DNA of 64,000 bases from Lachnospiraceae bacterium (GTDB lineage: Bacteria > Bacillota > Clostridia > Lachnospirales > Lachnospiraceae): the NCBI GenBank assembly GCA_021628825.1, contig JAJXRY010000002.1:1338972-1402971 (forward strand), read 5' to 3'. The position numbers and the translations under genes are program-made. A model generated the notes under the pieces. That model ran no database searches. It saw nothing but the letters and a program-made list of their open reading frames with translations, and was not told the origin of the DNA. Of this stretch, positions 63,643-64,000 are shown piece by piece. The stretch's first letter is position 1. Every line of letters starts with the position of its first letter.

Positions 63643-64000
63643 ATGAAACAGTTAAAGAATAAATTGCTTTATTGGGCAGTGATCATTGTGATTGTGGGGA
63701 TTATTGTTCTGACAGGCTGTCAGGCGAAAGGGACAGATGCGGCAGATGAAAAAGCAACCGATACCGCACTCACAGAGATTACAGATGAAAAAGAGGATCC
63801 CGTTGTTTATGAATACCACGAAAGCGGGATGGAAAACGACAAGGAAGACTCCGTTTATGTGCTGGCAGATCCGGATGGGACACCCAATGAGATTACGGTC
63901 AATGTTTCCCTGAAAAATAAAGGGCTGGATCAGAAACTCACCGATGAGACGTTTCTGACCGGTTTGAAGAATAAAGAAGGAGACGAAGAGGTGACAGACC
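63643..64000 (+). CDS. Lipoprotein, hypothetical (partial at window end)
   Basis: MKQLKNKLLYWAVIIVIVGIIVLTGCQ lipobox, then an acidic region. Runs off the window. Confidence 0.4.
   Translation, partial: MKQLKNKLLYWAVIIVIVGIIVLTGCQAKGTDAADEKATDTALTEITDEKEDPVVYEYHESGMENDKEDSVYVLADPDGTPNEITVNVSLKNKGLDQKLTDETFLTGLKNKEGDEEVTD

Overview
Firmicutes/Clostridia-type chromosomal window, with gut Lachnospiraceae-like gene content. From the start it reads:

- **1-4600:** the right end of a PBSX/phiCD119-like myovirus prophage (baseplate-J C-terminus, DUF2313 tail protein, tail-collar fibre, small proteins, holin(s), glucosaminidase endolysin). It abuts a frameshifted, 3'-truncated NMT1/THI5-like substrate-binding protein (SBP) lipoprotein gene, a possible att junction.
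- **5405-8746:** a pspA-less YdjI/YdjG/YdjH-like SPFH plus zinc-ribbon membrane module.
- **8752-14208:** pcrA, a small acidic membrane protein, an 8-unit ~52-bp tandem repeat, and a long rlmD.
- **14.2-22.4 kb:** an AT-rich accessory stretch with three GNATs, a Mor/CD3324-like protein, a P-loop kinase-GNAT fusion, a KilA-N protein, a serine-recombinase fragment, a Phd/RelE TA pair, TcpE/MazF/LytTR fragments and an alpha/beta-hydrolase remnant.
- **22.5-26.5 kb:** a DUF3160 lipoprotein and a CapA-like protein.
- **26.5-43.7 kb:** a fucoside/xyloside utilisation locus: GH31, GH2, a thioredoxin-CcdA fusion, two GH95, AraC, Zn-ADH, AKR, FucU and GH29.
- **43.8-56.3 kb:** YoaK, Crp/Fnr plus a 4Fe-4S protein, plsY, a GT28 lipid glycosyltransferase, two COG0523 GTPases (one extremely His-rich), a PF06541-like membrane protein, two tandem paralogous lipoproteins, an alpha/beta hydrolase and a second CapA.
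- **56.3-64.0 kb:** an Rpn-like nuclease, AT-rich junk, a type-I-toxin-like peptide, tRNA-Leu (minus strand) with att-like partial repeats, and a MacB/FtsX-type ABC transporter.

Many genes, including essential pcrA, are split by single-base indels located exactly in A/T homopolymers of 5-8 nt. This is most consistent with long-read assembly error, so split ORFs were merged into single calls. No CRISPR array or rRNA was found.
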